From contig CAJFCJ010000009.1 in the NCBI GenBank assembly GCA_904063045.1, forward strand, positions 1,860,968 to 1,924,967: a stretch of 64,000 nucleotides of DNA. Reading direction: 5' to 3'. Shown here piece by piece: positions 1 through 13,600 of this stretch; the first letter of the stretch is position 1, and each line of letters starts with the position of its first letter. The notes beneath the pieces are model-generated. The model was given only the letters and a program-made list of their open reading frames with translations, had not been told where the DNA came from and searched no databases. The DNA comes from Dimorphilus gyrociliatus (lineage: Eukaryota; Animalia; Annelida). Both the position numbers and the translations under genes were made by a program.

Positions 1-834
1 TAATACAAGCAAATATTTTATTGCAACTGTAGAGCTGTAGAGTTTATATGAAAAGAGATAGTAGAGAAAGATTCCTTTCCCTATTTCTTCCTCAAAGATA
101 ATCATTTAAAAAAGCAAGGACCAAAACCCAATTTCATAGATAAAATAGAGAAGATATTTCCCTTATTTATTTGGAAAAAAAAAGATTGATTTCCGTCTTG
201 TAACCATAATCTTTCAATTAAAATTTACTATGTGAAAGATAACAGAAACATTTTTATTTGAATAGTACCAGTGAACTCATTTCAAGGAAATCCCTTATAT
301 AGCTATCTATATTTATAATAAAATAGAAATCTTCGATATCCGAAGATCGTGACTTTAGGTAAATGGACGTTATTTTGTAAAATGTTTTCTTTTCTTTTTT
401 GACGTATTTCATTTTACTGGACGCAGCATTAACAGTAAAAAAACGCATTGATAATCAAGGAGTATTTGAAATATATTAATAAAATATATCTAACAAATAT
501 CTAATTTTTTTAAAATTAATTAGGCTAACGAGTTAATGCTGATAAGTATTGTTTGTTTATAATCGTTGAACAAGAATTTTCTTTTCAAGTTTCAATTTCT
601 ACTCAAGAGTTGGATAGCTATATATTTTTTATAGCAAAGAAATACCTTGATATGAGTCGACTAGACATTTGGTACTACTTATGTACCTATATATACATTG
701 GAGTATACTGTGTACCTACATATATATATTAGTATATATATATACTGTATATATGTATTCACAGTAGTAATAAATTCACGCTGTTTTGCAATTATTGCAC
801 AGTTCCTATCCGCGGAAGACTTTCAGTTGTAGAT

Positions 835-3800
835 TTAATAAGGCGATGCAACTTCTATAGAGGATATTCCCTGCCTTATATCTGCTTCTTCATCTTCATC
901 ATCAGCATCATCTGAATCCTCCACCCTCCGACGTATTCTTAACTCAGGTTGTATAGAAAATTTAAATGAAGGATTTCTAGCAGTTCTAGGTAGACGAAGT
1001 TCTACTGGTAGTACTTCTTTCAACACAGTTAAATGAGTAACTAAAGAGGCAAGAGTCGCCCATTCTTTGTCAGGACCTTTTTGAAACCTATACCTTCCGC
1101 ACGGAGTCTTCTCGATTAGGTAATGTTTTAAAATAAAACGAGGTTCTCCTGGAGAGGCACTATAGTTTGGCACCTGCAATTTTAGTTAATTAATATAAAT
1201 GGATGGTAGTTTAAAGGTAATAAATGAGATATACTTTTAAGGACAGAGCAAAGCAACCAATTTCAGACGTACTTTCCCTGATGACAAATGAGCCAAATTC
1301 TTGCTGTGATAAAAATTCAAGAATTGATTCTCTTGGAACACCGGAATAGAACCATGGATATTGTGTAAAGTCTTCATCAATGGAAGCCTTGGAATTTTGA
1401 GTAACGCCATTATCCGATAATCTCCTATTAGAATGAAAAAAAAGGACTCAAAAGTGAAATTTAGAATCACAAACATTAGAAAATAATTTCATAGACATTA
1501 ACCTTCCTTCCTCGTCAGATTCTGGAGCAAAAAATTCAAATTCTGTTGAACTAGTCTCAATAGTTGATGGTCTGTTTTCTCTGGGCGGAAGTGGGGGAGG
1601 TGTAATTGAAGTTGATCGTCGAGGGGATGAGGGTCGTTTAATAAGCTCTATATCATTCAAATCCTTATGATCTCCCGATCCGTTCCTAATTCTATCAGAA
1701 CCAGATTTCTCTAGTGAGCTACTTCCAGTCGAGGGAGCATCGGGAAGTGGTCTATTTCGAATAGACCTAGAAGTTGACGATGAGCTTTCTTGTTCGGATG
1801 TCATACTATTTTCTACTATAGAAAGAATAGATTGTCGTCGCTCTTCTTCCCTATTTGTGAAGAAAACAAATATGTAACAAGTTACAGATACTTTTATAAA
1901 CAATAATTACCTTTGCTGTTGTTCAAGCATTGATCTCTCATAATTTTCAAAATGAGCATCGATTGTGTCTTTTAAGCAGGTTACAGGACTTCTATTGGCT
2001 GACTCCAGAGACTGAAATGCCTCTCGAACATCGTTAATCAAGGGTGACGGAGCAGACGTAATAGTTGGTGTGTTAATCTTATCTTTTTCACCGGAGCTAA
2101 AAGGCCGTTTATGCTGAACTCTTTTTACTTCCTTTTTAGCCCACTTACTTCGACCTGATTGTCGAAAACCTTCTCTTATTTCTTTACATTCATCGGTCAA
2201 TTGCCGTTCTTTGAATTTTTTTCTATCTTTCATCCTATAACACCAACAGAGTCAATATTCAAGTCTATTAATAATAAAGTATGCAATTATATTTACCTTT
2301 CGCTGGCTGTTTGGGTGTTAGAGATATATCCCAAGACTTGTTTCTTTAACTCATCTTGCTTTTCATTTCTTTCTTCCATCATTCGACGATTTTCGTCTAT
2401 ATTTTTACTAACGGCCTCGTGAAAAGTCGTCTGCTCATCTTTATCTTGCTTTTGCAAGAATGCATAAGCGAGACTGAAAGCATTTCCGGTTATCATACTC
2501 ATTCTTTCGGCCTCTTCACCGGTTTGAGTAAGAAAGACATGACAACATTGTTCTGTGGGTGGATCGTTTGATTCTCTAGCTAAAAATGCATAAAGACGAA
2601 GATCTGGATCGCAAAGGGCGTATGAAATTCGACGAAGGGGATAGGATAAGTGTAAATGCGCTTTTTGACCATTCAAGTTCCTATTCCAGGCTTCTATACC
2701 AGCAACGGATATGACTAGAACAACTGGAGTTGACGCTCGACTTGTCTGTAAATATAACAAAAACACAATTCTTTGTATATTCAGTTAGGTTCATATGATA
2801 TAGATTTAAAAAAATTGAGTTTCACATAAAGAAAGAGATACATGGACATCAATTCTAGATAGGCTTAACAAAATATTATTCACCTCAGTAAATACCATAC
2901 AATTTCAGCAAGTATGATTAAGAAACAGGCATAATTATCTATATTTTTGCAAATATTTCGATTAATGATAAAGTAATTGGGACAAAAACATTGTGAAAAG
3001 GAGCATTTTTCTTTTTTTTTCGATATAAACAGCTGTATTATCAGCATTTCTATGTCAAAAATAAAAATAAATTAGCCTTTTAAAGTACTGGACAAAATTT
3101 TAGTGCTTTTTTAGGATCCTATTAACAAACATTGGAGAAGCTAATTAAATAAAAAATTAAGAATAAAAATACTTTTAAGTAGGCTTATATAATTCTTTAC
3201 TTTATTGTTTTTATTTTCTTAAAATTTGATTGGAAGAGAGAGTTATATTAAGTGTAATAAAAATCGTTCTTTCTGTTTAAACTTAGTTTATAGAGGTTGG
3301 AGAGGAGAATAAAAGTAAACGGAGCATTAGTAAAAAGAAGACGGGTATGCAAATGCAATTAAAAAAATAATTACTAAAATAAAGTCGTGATGTAAAAGTC
3401 TAATATTAGAAGTCAGAAGAAAAATTCAATAATTCTTGGCGAAAGAAAAACCTAGAAATAAATATTTTTGTCTCTCAACACGAGTTCTTTTTTTTTAACT
3501 TTTTATTGTTTTTACAAGGTAGGATTGGGTCGATTGTACCAACAATACCTATTATTAATACATCAGAAAAACACGATCTAAGACGTTAGGAAAAGTTTCT
3601 TGATACTTACATTAGTATTTTGCAATTTTGACTGGACAAACTCAGCTCTTGTTTGTTCATCATCTCCTTCTACTCTAAACGGTCCTAAATACTGTAAACA
3701 AAAAAACTTTATTATGCAATTATATTCAAATGAATCCAAAGAGTAGTTTATTAAACCTCTAACAAAATAGGCCATTCAAAACCGAATTTTTTATTTCTAG

Positions 3801-4470
3801 TAAATTCAGAGACACAGTGCATTCTTATACTCTGGCCTTGTTTTTACAAACTAACCACGCTGCCTAATCGTTTGCACAGGATGCAAACAAATGCGGTAGA
3901 AATTTTCAGACATAGGCTCACTTTGTTTTTCGAGTGCCATCTGTAGTTCATATATGTACTTTTTTTTGCGGTACAGCGCATCATGAAAATTTTACTAGCT
4001 GTTTGAGTCTAATTAAGAAAGAAAACTAGCTGTAGATAAGGCGCTATCAAAAATCAAACGCCTTAGCGAAAAGTTTTACCTAAAACATTCCAACTTGATA
4101 AGTCGAGTATTCTAACTATCTATCTAAAAGCGTTCGGACACCAATTGATGTATTTATCATTTGGTCTACGCCATAAATATTTACAGGTTAGGAAAGCAAC
4201 ATTCCAAAAGGCCAGACCTTCTTCTCAATAATTTTTAAATAACTAAACATAATAGTATTCGCATAAGACGGGTGTATAAAGAATTTTGTATAATATACAT
4301 AAAAAAATATCTAAATATACAAAATTCTGTGTAATACAGATTATACACCATGCGTCTAAGTGTACAAATTTAATGAATTTCTTTGTTTTAATTTTCAATA
4401 CGTAACATAAAGATAAAGTATAGTCTCTCATTCTATATTAAATATACCTTAGTTTCTTGAAAGTTTCCAT
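835..4470 (-). CDS. PTB(PID)+SH2 domain adaptor, SH2D5-like (multi-exon; 5' end uncertain)
   Basis: Spliced exons give a PTB domain (YLGPFRVEG...PVVLVISVAGI...YPLRRISYALCDP...YAFLARE...CCHVFLT...GNAFSLAY) and a C-terminal SH2 domain (YPWFYSGVPRE...GSFVIRES...FALSLK|VPNY...HYLIEK...LASLVTHL; the first half is in a frame not shown in the ORF track). Phase-consistent GT-AG exons at 4448-4470, 3757-3796 and 3611-3691, followed by the PTB exon and downstream exons. N-terminal PTB plus C-terminal SH2 matches SH2D5. Confidence 0.75.
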
Positions 4471-6853
4471 GGTAATAGAAAAATTTCAACACAGTTATAT
4501 CCATAGTACTTTCTCATATTTAAACACAATGACAACAAATCCGATAATAAATTCGATTGAGATTTCAATATAAAGCTTATCAATAATAAACTTTTATCAA
4601 CGATCCTGCTATTAAACTAGGCATAGAAACATTTTATAATTTAAAAAGTTTTTCAGTCTGTTGCAGTAGTGTATCGCTTGGCGCATAAAAGCCAACTGCA
4701 AAAGTCAGTGCACATGCTAATCATTTACTGCCAAAATACAGTATAGCTTCGAGCGACTGTAAAATGCATTGCAGATACGGATAAAAATTTGTTGGTCGTG
4801 TGAACCGATTGAAAGTAACAATCAACTTTTTTAATTCAAAAATTTAAATAAAAAAACATATATTTAAATTAGAATGCTTGCTTTCGTGAATAAATTACTA
4901 CTAAACTGCCATCAGACCGTAAAGGATTGATTGGATTTATAAAGATTATATTCAAATAAATAATAAACTATAGTAAAAAATAGCTAAAAATATTCTTTTA
5001 TATTCGCTATTATTGAACCGTATATTGGTAATAGACTGATAATATACATAAGTAATAACGCTAATGTATAGACTAATGCGAAGTACTGTATCGTCTTTAC
5101 AACTACAGAAGCTGCAACGTTACAAGAAAAATACAATAATTAAAGGCATGTTTAGTAATTAGAAATATTCTGCAGGCTACTCCAACCTCAATTATTTAAT
5201 TAATTCCGAATAAATATTTATATAGCAACTAGTCTAGTCTAAAAGATTGTAATCGTAGGAAAAAAGAAACCTTAGAGTAAAATTTCCCATATTGGAAAAC
5301 GGCATTAACAGTTGGTTTAATTCTTTTCTGTCCGTATATCGATAAACTATCCATTTGAAGCGTCACTCAAGAAATCGGAATGGAAAGTGACCAGGCATCT
5401 CCATGGTTGGAATATCAATCCCTCCCCCTTCCCCCGCCTAAATAATGCTATTTTAATATAGCATTGATTTTTCTCACCTAGCGACGTCTATCCTAGAATC
5501 GCGAGAGCGTCGATTATTGAAAAATCAATAGTATTTTGGTAAGATTAAATAAAATAACTCAAGTCCAAATTTATTCTCTATAATCAAATAACACGAATTC
5601 TAAGAACTTATAAGCTTAAATGAGAAATACTCTCTTTACGCATATATATTTTATAGAGAAAAGGAAAAGGCAAAAAAATAAAAACCTATTTATTCAGATT
5701 ATTCTGGAGTCTCTGTCAAGTCAAGCATAAAATTTTTTCGTGCTCACGAAATCACACACAATATCGAAGAAAGCGCTTAGAAAATCTTTAAAATTGGTTC
5801 TAATATTTTAGACCATATAAAGTTTAACGATAGTAGTAGAAAGAGAGAAATAAAAATTAACTTTTTAACAGACACTTTGTCTATTTATAAATATAATATT
5901 TGCTTTCGAACGTTTTCTTTATTGTTTTGTCTCTCTAGTCTCTTATTAATTCATATTAGTTGTAAAATTTTATAGTTATCTATTAATCATTTGTAGCTTG
6001 TCAGGTTCAGTCACAACTAAAAAAGTAATCTTATATACTTCTAACGATAGGTAAATAGAAAAATAGGTTAGCCTACAAACTTTAGTATTTATTTTGAAAT
6101 TCGTTTGGAATTGCACGCACTTTTAAAGGTTGTTAAGAGCAAAAGAAAAAGAACTCCGGAACACACAAAGCAAGCACTACTTCCAACTTTTTTCTATTAT
6201 TTAAGGAAAAAGTATGATTCACCCTACAAAAATATATTATAACGAGGTCACATTTCCTTTTTAAATTTATAATATAAAAAAATATTTATTGTTTAGTTTA
6301 ATGTAAACAAAATATTAATTAATGGAACAATTTTTAATATATGTTCTATTTCTTTTTTGTTCTTTGGATTTAGAGTAAAAATTGTTTATCTTATCGAAAT
6401 TTGAAAGGTTCAACGCGTTCTTACCGGCTAACCTTAAATAAAACATTCACTAAGGAATATAAATAAAATATATCTGTTTTTTAATAAAATTTATTTCTTT
6501 CTACTTTAATCTTAGATTCAATATCTAGAATAAAGTTGAATTATTCTATCTTTGAATAGATAAATAAAATATTTTCTAAAGAAGATCTTGTATGAACGTT
6601 CTAGTAGTAAATTTATTATATAGTTACTTAAAACCTCTTCAAGCATCTAACAATTGGTGTCTCCACCTCTCGATCGTTTGTTTACAAAAAATTCAATAAT
6701 ATACAAAAGATGAAATTTTAGATCACCATAGGCCTCTTGTTTAAAGTCTTAACAATCTGAATCATTCTATAAAACAATATTTACATGTGCCTCTTGTGAA
6801 AGCTAAACGGATATGATTCATAAAAAGGTATCTAAGACATTCTAGGTACTTAC

Positions 6854-7093
6854 GTCAACCACTTGTTCAGCTAATGGCGATTTTTTAGGTGAACCAAATT
6901 CGCTGGTCGATGATCTATGATTTATTTTTTCATCAAAATCAATTCTTTTAAATAGACTTTCCTGCCGATTCGTTTCACATAAGAATTTTAGTTGTTCTTC
7001 TTGTTGTTTTCGTTGTAAATTCCACAATCGTTGTCGTTTTTCATCGTCCGTGTCTCGTTTCGAACGATTTGTTAGCCTGGAGAACATTTGCAT
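6854..7093 (-). CDS. Probable distal alternative first coding exon of the SH2D5-like gene
   Basis: Open 80 codons (MQMFSRLTNRSKRDTDDEKRQRLWNLQRKQQEEQLK...) ending at a perfect GTAAGT donor in phase 0, compatible with the phase-0 acceptor at 3691. No other downstream minus-strand exons are evident. Confidence 0.45.
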
Positions 7094-7445
7094 TGATTGA
7101 ATTCCGGTTTGCAATAGTTCTAAGGATGAAAAATCAGGTAAATTGAACAGCTTCTTTGTCTATCATTTTGAAAAGAGACTTTGCAGACTATGCGTTCCGG
7201 TTCCGATTTATGTAATAATTTTTCTCACCGGTTGTTAACCGGTTGGTTTGAATCGCTTAGGATTAAATCGAGAAAAAAATATATTCTTCAATATCCGGCT
7301 AAACTCTTTAGCCTATAGCCTGAAAAACGTGACAAAGTATAAAATTGTGGTATCTTTAAGACATTGGGTAAGCATAGTTCTGAAGAGGTATATTTTTCAT
7401 TTATGTGCAACTTGTGTTTAAGAATATGTTTTTTAGTAATAGGAG

Positions 7446-9278
7446 ATGACGTCTATCACCTCCGCTGCACTTCGAAGGTTATCGTCTGCAGCATCTAGGT
7501 AGAAGAAACTTTTATATGCTATATAATGAAAAATAAAGTTTCTAAAATGCAGATGCCGGTTAAAAAGACACTTTTGCTCGTCGAGCAAGTCAAACGATCT
7601 GTTAAATGTACCGTTATCGCAAGAGATACCTTGGCTACCGAAACCGAAATATGCCTCCTTAAGTCAACAACGAGGTGAAACTAAAGTAACTGTGTTGGAA
7701 AATGGACTTACAGTTGCTACCGAAGATAAATTTGGGCAATTCTGTACCGTTGGAGGTAACAATTTTCATTGTCCATGTCCTATTTCGTCATTTTGATTTG
7801 TTATTACAGTTGTGATCGACTCAGGATCTCGGTACGAAGTTGATTTCCCGAGTGGCATCACCCACTTTTTAGAAAAATTAGCTTATTCTTCAACAGAAGA
7901 TATTCCCGATAAGGATAAGTTTATGCAAATTCTTGAAGAGTTGTCAGGAATTAGTGATTGTCAAGGTTCCAGAGACACGTTAATTTACGGGCTCTCGGCT
8001 GATCCTAAAGGTTTATCAAAATTAGTCCAACTATTGTCAGCGGTGACTCTTAGACCATTAATAACTGACGAAGAAATCTTTATTGCACGGAGAACAATCG
8101 AGTTTGAATTAGAGTCATTGGATATGGCTCCGGACCCTCAGCCCATTCTTCTTGAAATGATACATCGAGCTGCTTATTTTGATAATACATTAGGCTTACC
8201 AAAAACTTGCCCAACGGAGAACATTAACAAAATTAATAAACAAACAATTTACGAATATATGAAGTTATGCCATACCCCTGATAGAATGGTCATAGCTGGT
8301 GTTGGAATTAATCATGATGAGCTAGTGAAAGAGGCTCGAAAGCACTTTATGTCAAAACCAATATGGGATGATGTAAAAACTTCCAGGCGACTTGATAAAG
8401 GCTTAGCTCAATATACCGGAGGTGAAGAGAAAGTGTTTAAAGATATGTCGAATGTTAGTCTAGGCCCAACTCCAATGCCTGAATTATTACATTTTGTTAT
8501 TGGACTGGAGAGCTGTTCACATAAAGATAAAGACTTTATAGCTTTTTGCGTATTAAATACTTTAATGGGAGGAGGTGGAAGCTTCAGTGCGGGTGGACCC
8601 GGAAAGGGAATGTATAGTAGGCTATATACAAGAGTCTTAAACAGGTTAAACGTTCTCTTCTTTTAAAATACATACTGATCGACTTTCTATGCAGGCAACA
8701 TTTTATGTACAACGCAACGGCATACAATCACTCATATAATGATTCTGGTCTATTTTGTATTCATGCCTCTGCTCCTCCAAGTTATGGAAAAGAAATGGTT
8801 GCAGTAATTGTTAAAGAACTTTCTATTTTACAAAATGGTATCAGCGAGGACGAGCTACAAAGAGCAAAAACGCAGTTACAATCAATGCTGTTGATGAATT
8901 TAGAAAGCCGGCCCGTTATATTTGAAGATCTTGGAAGGCAAATGCTGGTCAGTGAAGAGAGGCGCGGCCCTGATTACTACTTTAACGAGATAGGTAATGA
9001 CCAGAAATTATTTTTACTTTCTCTTTTATATGAAACTATGGGCTTAGTTTTTATATATATATTGAATATCGTTATCTTATTCTTTTATAACCTCTGTCAA
9101 AATAACAGGAGCGATAAGGAATGAAGATATCATTCGAGTAGCTAAAAGAATGCTAGCTACACCCGTAACGATTGCCTCTTTGGGTGATGTTAACAAGATA
9201 CCCTCAATTAACGATATACGAACAGGTTTAAGCTCGAGAGATGGACGTCTTCCTGGTCGATTTCGCTTGTTCCAGTAA
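7446..9278 (+). CDS. PMPCA: Mitochondrial processing peptidase alpha subunit
   Basis: Presequence-like N-terminus, [25 protein letters not shown], glycine-rich loop [21 protein letters not shown]16 C-terminal domain. Introns at about 7498-7552, 7756-7809, 8645-8694 and 8993-9108; stop after GRFRLFQ. Confidence 0.95.
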
Positions 9279-9354
9279 ATAAATTAACACAATGCATTGT
9301 TGATCATGCTCTTTATTATTGGAAAAACAGCTAATGATTATTCACTATCACAAT

Positions 9355-10194
9355 TCACTTTTGTTTCGCTTTGTTGAGACCGTTGCCATTGGAATGACTT
9401 ATTTTTTTTCCTGTCTTCAAATAGGCATTAATGAAAAAGCTTAAAAATAGAAACAAATAGGAAAGATACATTAACGATGACCACACTAAATTATCGTATG
9501 TCTGCTGACAGTACTGATTTCTATTTTTCAAGTAGTAGACTCTAATATTAACACTTAGACCGACTACCATTTGAGCAATTTGTAAACTGGTAATGGCAAC
9601 AGACACCCATTTCGGAATAGAAAATCGCATGGCTTTGAGAGTATAGTAGCTATACATGAAAGCATGTACTGTATAATTGATCGTCATAAACCATCGACCC
9701 GCAGCGGCTTGTTCGGTAGCACTATACCAGGAATAGATTAGGACGGTGATATGATGGTACCAGTGAAGGAAGATAAGATTCTGTTTACGTAAAACTATAA
9801 ATATCGTATCACCAAGTTCGTACACCTTTGACAGGGCGAAAAGGCTTGTCCATAAGGCCGTCGGTTGATAATAAGCGTACGAAGAGTTGCATATTGAGAA
9901 ATCCCATCCATAATTCTTTAGAACATAGAGTAATTCAGGCACCGTTCGGATAGCTCCCAGTATTGAGAAAATAGCTAAAATCCCTGACCATATCGCTAAC
10001 TCTGTTCTCAGATTGGCAGCAGGTCTATGCTTCATATAACGCTTACCACTAAATATTACTATAACATAGGCCAAAGAAAACCATAGAGACAGATACCAAT
10101 TTTTCGTAATCCAAAGCCAGAAGGTTTCCTGATCAAAATTTTTCTCAAACGGGAGATAAAGTGTATAATTAAAATCCGATACTTGATCAGTCAT
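9355..10194 (-). CDS. ELOVL6: Very-long-chain fatty acid elongase, ELOVL3/6-like, single coding exon
   Basis: KVYELGDTIFIVLRKQ, FLHWYHH histidine box, NYTVHAFMYSYY, TSLQIAQM, multiple TM helices, C-terminal KAKQK dilysine-like ER signal. Likely start is MTDQV at 10194. Confidence 0.9.
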   Translation of the reverse strand: MTDQVSDFNYTLYLPFEKNFDQETFWLWITKNWYLSLWFSLAYVIVIFSGKRYMKHRPAANLRTELAIWSGILAIFSILGAIRTVPELLYVLKNYGWDFSICNSSYAYYQPTALWTSLFALSKVYELGDTIFIVLRKQNLIFLHWYHHITVLIYSWYSATEQAAAGRWFMTINYTVHAFMYSYYTLKAMRFSIPKWVSVAITSLQIAQMVVGLSVNIRVYYLKNRNQYCQQTYDNLVWSSLMYLSYLFLFLSFFINAYLKTGKKISHSNGNGLNKAKQK

Positions 10195-10269
10195 ATTTTC
10201 ACAGCAAGAATTTCTCACCCCACTTCCAATTGGGTCAAGGACAACAACTTTTTTTTAGTTATTTTTAAT

Positions 10270-10400
10270 GTCACCTCACCTACTAGCGTTAGGCACTGCC
10301 CTCTTTCCTCGTTGGGATTGCCGGCTTATAAATATTCATATCTAATTCTGTAAAGTGCGCTGTTTGGACGATTAGATTGTAAAGAGCGTAAGCCAATCAG
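10270..10400 (-). promoter_or_regulatory. Candidate SRE + NF-Y (CCAAT) + TATA-like module upstream of the elongase
   Basis: GTCACCTCAC at 10270-10279 (SRE-like), AGCCAATCAG at 10391-10400 (full NF-Y consensus), and a TATTTATAA-like sequence on the minus strand near 10325. Confidence 0.35.
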
Positions 10401-10699
10401 AAATGCCGCTACAAGGAAAACTAAAATATAGGAGGGGATTATAAATTTGTTTAAGTAATATATTTATTAATATTTAAAAGAATACTGTAATTAATGTCAT
10501 AAAAAAAGACAACTAATAAATTTGATGATAAACAATGACCTTTTTCCCAATACCCTGCAATGTTTCCCTTTCACATTGCAAAAAAAAATCAGTAGGTAAA
10601 AGTTGGTGACAAAAATTTAACAATTAAACGAATGAGACAGTTTATTTTATGAATGACAATACTAGTTTTGAACGAGATACTAGAATTTATATATAGATT

Positions 10700-13600
10700 T
10701 TACTTTAATTTACACACTTCGTCTTCGCATAAAAACTCAGCTTCCATTTCTTCAAAGTCGTCGTATAGTCTGTCTCCTTCACTAATGGGATTAATTTACA
10801 TAAAAAACAATTATTTAGAAATAGATAATAACTTGTAAAAGATTACTTACTTTAGTTGCTTTTCCAAATCAAATGAGTTTTTAGGTGTAATATCTTTCTC
10901 ATCTTCATCTTGCGAAAGAAATTGCATTCTTGAGATTTTTCCATCCTCTTTTAAAGGAATGTCGAAATTAATTAAGAGGTATATTATTTTTTAAATGATT
11001 TATTAATAATAAATATTACCATCTATTAGCCCTTGTTCTGATGCTAATTCCCATTCCAGTTGATTAAGTGCTTCATTATCTTCCTTATGATCTTCGTGAT
11101 TTTTCTCACAGTTATCATAAATACTCATATCATCACCATCTACGACTACCTTGACCAGTTATTATTTCGATAAACAAAAATACATTACTCTTATCTCTTA
11201 CCTATTGACCTTGATTGAGGTCTTTGCTCTAACTCTATAGAGCTCGTTCTAAAGTCCGACTGGCTTAATGAGTTTTCAGTTAATTTAAGGTCATTTCTGA
11301 GTAGAAAGTAATGAAAAAAATGCAGAAACTAAATAAGCGAACTGATAATTAGTAATTTATTACTTTTTTGGGTCTTGTTCACTCCATTTATAAGACAAGA
11401 TCTTAATTTCATTTTCTGTCTCTTCTTCTCCCTCTTCAGGCCGCATAAGAGCCAACATATCAATATTATTTTCATCACTCATGTGATCTCTCATTTGATT
11501 TTCCACAATCCTATTTGCTAAACTACTATCTGGTCTCCAGGAACGAGGACCGATCTTGTAAACTGATAACAAAAAAAAGGCACGAGTCTAGCGAAGGTAT
11601 TTTTTTTTTTCTAATACAATATCTGAAGAAGTTATATCTTAAAATGAAATTTAAAAGCTTACCATGACTACTTATTTTCCATTTTTCTATAGAGCCGTCC
11701 TTTGCGGTCGAAATTCTCTTACCAGCAGTTTTAGGTCGAACTGCAGGCTTCTCCTCCCCGTCGTTATAAACAAATAGAGGATTATCAACGACTAAATCAG
11801 CATAATTGGCAATTTCTTGCAAGCTTCCACTTGGCTTTTTCGTTAGAGTACCTTCACCAAACATCTCTTTTCGTCGTACAGCCATTTCTGCCCTAGAGGG
11901 TGGTCTTGCTGTTCTAGGCGTTCTAGGAGTTCTTGGAGTCTTTGTTGGTAATTTCTTTAACCGACTCTTTCTTGATGACTCTAGTGGCAATTGCTCAAGC
12001 TCTTCTTTACGGAGGTCCACAGATTCGGCAATAGCTTGGTCAAGTCTAGGTTCTTCAACATTCTGAACGCATACTGGCTCGGGAGTCATTGGCGGAGGAC
12101 TATCGACTATAGGTTCAATAAACGGAGTAACAATAGCACGTCTAGAGGAATATTCTGGATCAGGATCAAAAGCTCGTTTTCTCGAAGAATTTGGAGTTGG
12201 TGGACTAGGAGAATGAATTGGCTGTTTGGAAAGAATACAAATTGTTTGCATGATGAGATTGATAATAATTAAAATTAATTTTTTGTACCAGAGGTGAAGA
12301 AATATCGACTACAGAAATCTCTGAAGGTGTCTTTGAAGTTGATTTCATAGCTTCGTATAGGCTATTGAAGTCAACCCTCTCTTTCATATCGATTGAGCTA
12401 ATCTCCCTTTGCCTGTCAGCAGATCTTATCTGTTTAACATTAGAATCAGAATGAATTGGTAATTTTTCTTCATTATTTGCTGGGCGTTCTTCAAAATTTA
12501 TTTGGTTTCTTCTATGCTTCTTAATCAGTAATTTTTCAGCATAACTCAATCCGGAATGCGAATTCGTAGAGAATTTTATCTCCAATTTTTTCTTCCCATC
12601 TATTCTCTGATCGCTAGTTCCGATTGCGCAATCAGTTGTTGAAACTGATAAGAATTGCAAAAATAAAATCACTTACCAACATTATCTATCGTTGTAAAAG
12701 ACTTACCTGCTATCTTTTTTTCGACAGAGGTCGAACTAGAATTCGAAGTTTGTTTCGGAGTTGTTTCATCACCTCTCCATTCTTTGAGTGCCTCTTGGAA
12801 AGAGTCTTGGGCGGCCTTTTCATCGTAAACACCATCTAACAAGCTGTTTTCAACTTTTGAGCTGGTAGGTTCATTCTAATTATGAAAAAAAATAGTAAAT
12901 ACAATGCGTATAACCAAAAGAGTTTACTATATATACCATTTTAAAGTCAATTTCAGTTAGAGTTAGTTTATTTGGATTCTGTTCTTCGTAAACTTTGAGA
13001 GGTGGCGGTGCAGATTTTTCAGATGCTCTCTCGGAAGCTGCACTTGTTCTTGGAGTTATGTTACCTCGAGCACCATTGGCCTACATATATATATATATAT
13101 ATATATATTTTTTGATGAGATTATAATTGGTAAATGTTTAATTAGTTCTATTTACAGCGATTGGAGCAGATCTGTGCTTCTTCAATGCTCCTCTAAGGTG
13201 AAAAGAAGCGAAACAAGATGCGCAATAATCTTCTCCACATTCCAGACATGTCTATGAATGATGTACATAAAATAAGACTTAAAGATAAAGGTACAATGAA
13301 ATTCTTAGAAAACATACCACTTGGGCACCTTTCATTTCGCATTGTCCACATTTAGGTCCTTTAAAATTTTTGACTTTAAAACCTTCGCCTTGTTGAGCAA
13401 TATACGCAAGTGTACCAGGTACTTTCTTGGTTTCAGCAGACGCCTTTCTCGGTTCAATTATTTCTTCTTTCAAAACAGTAAATTTTGTCTTTTTCTATAT
13501 TAAAAAAGAAAGAGAATATGAAATTTTTTACGAATTGAAAGTTGAGAAAGTTTAGAATCCCTAACCCTATTCTTCTCGTTGTTCTGTTCTAAAACATCTT

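Noticed and set aside
11806-12272. Plus-strand ORFs 11806-12066 and 11991-12272
   Set aside because: Antisense shadows of a long ZBBX exon. The apparent hydrophobic repeat (VLGVLGVLG) mirrors PRTPRTPRT on the coding strand.
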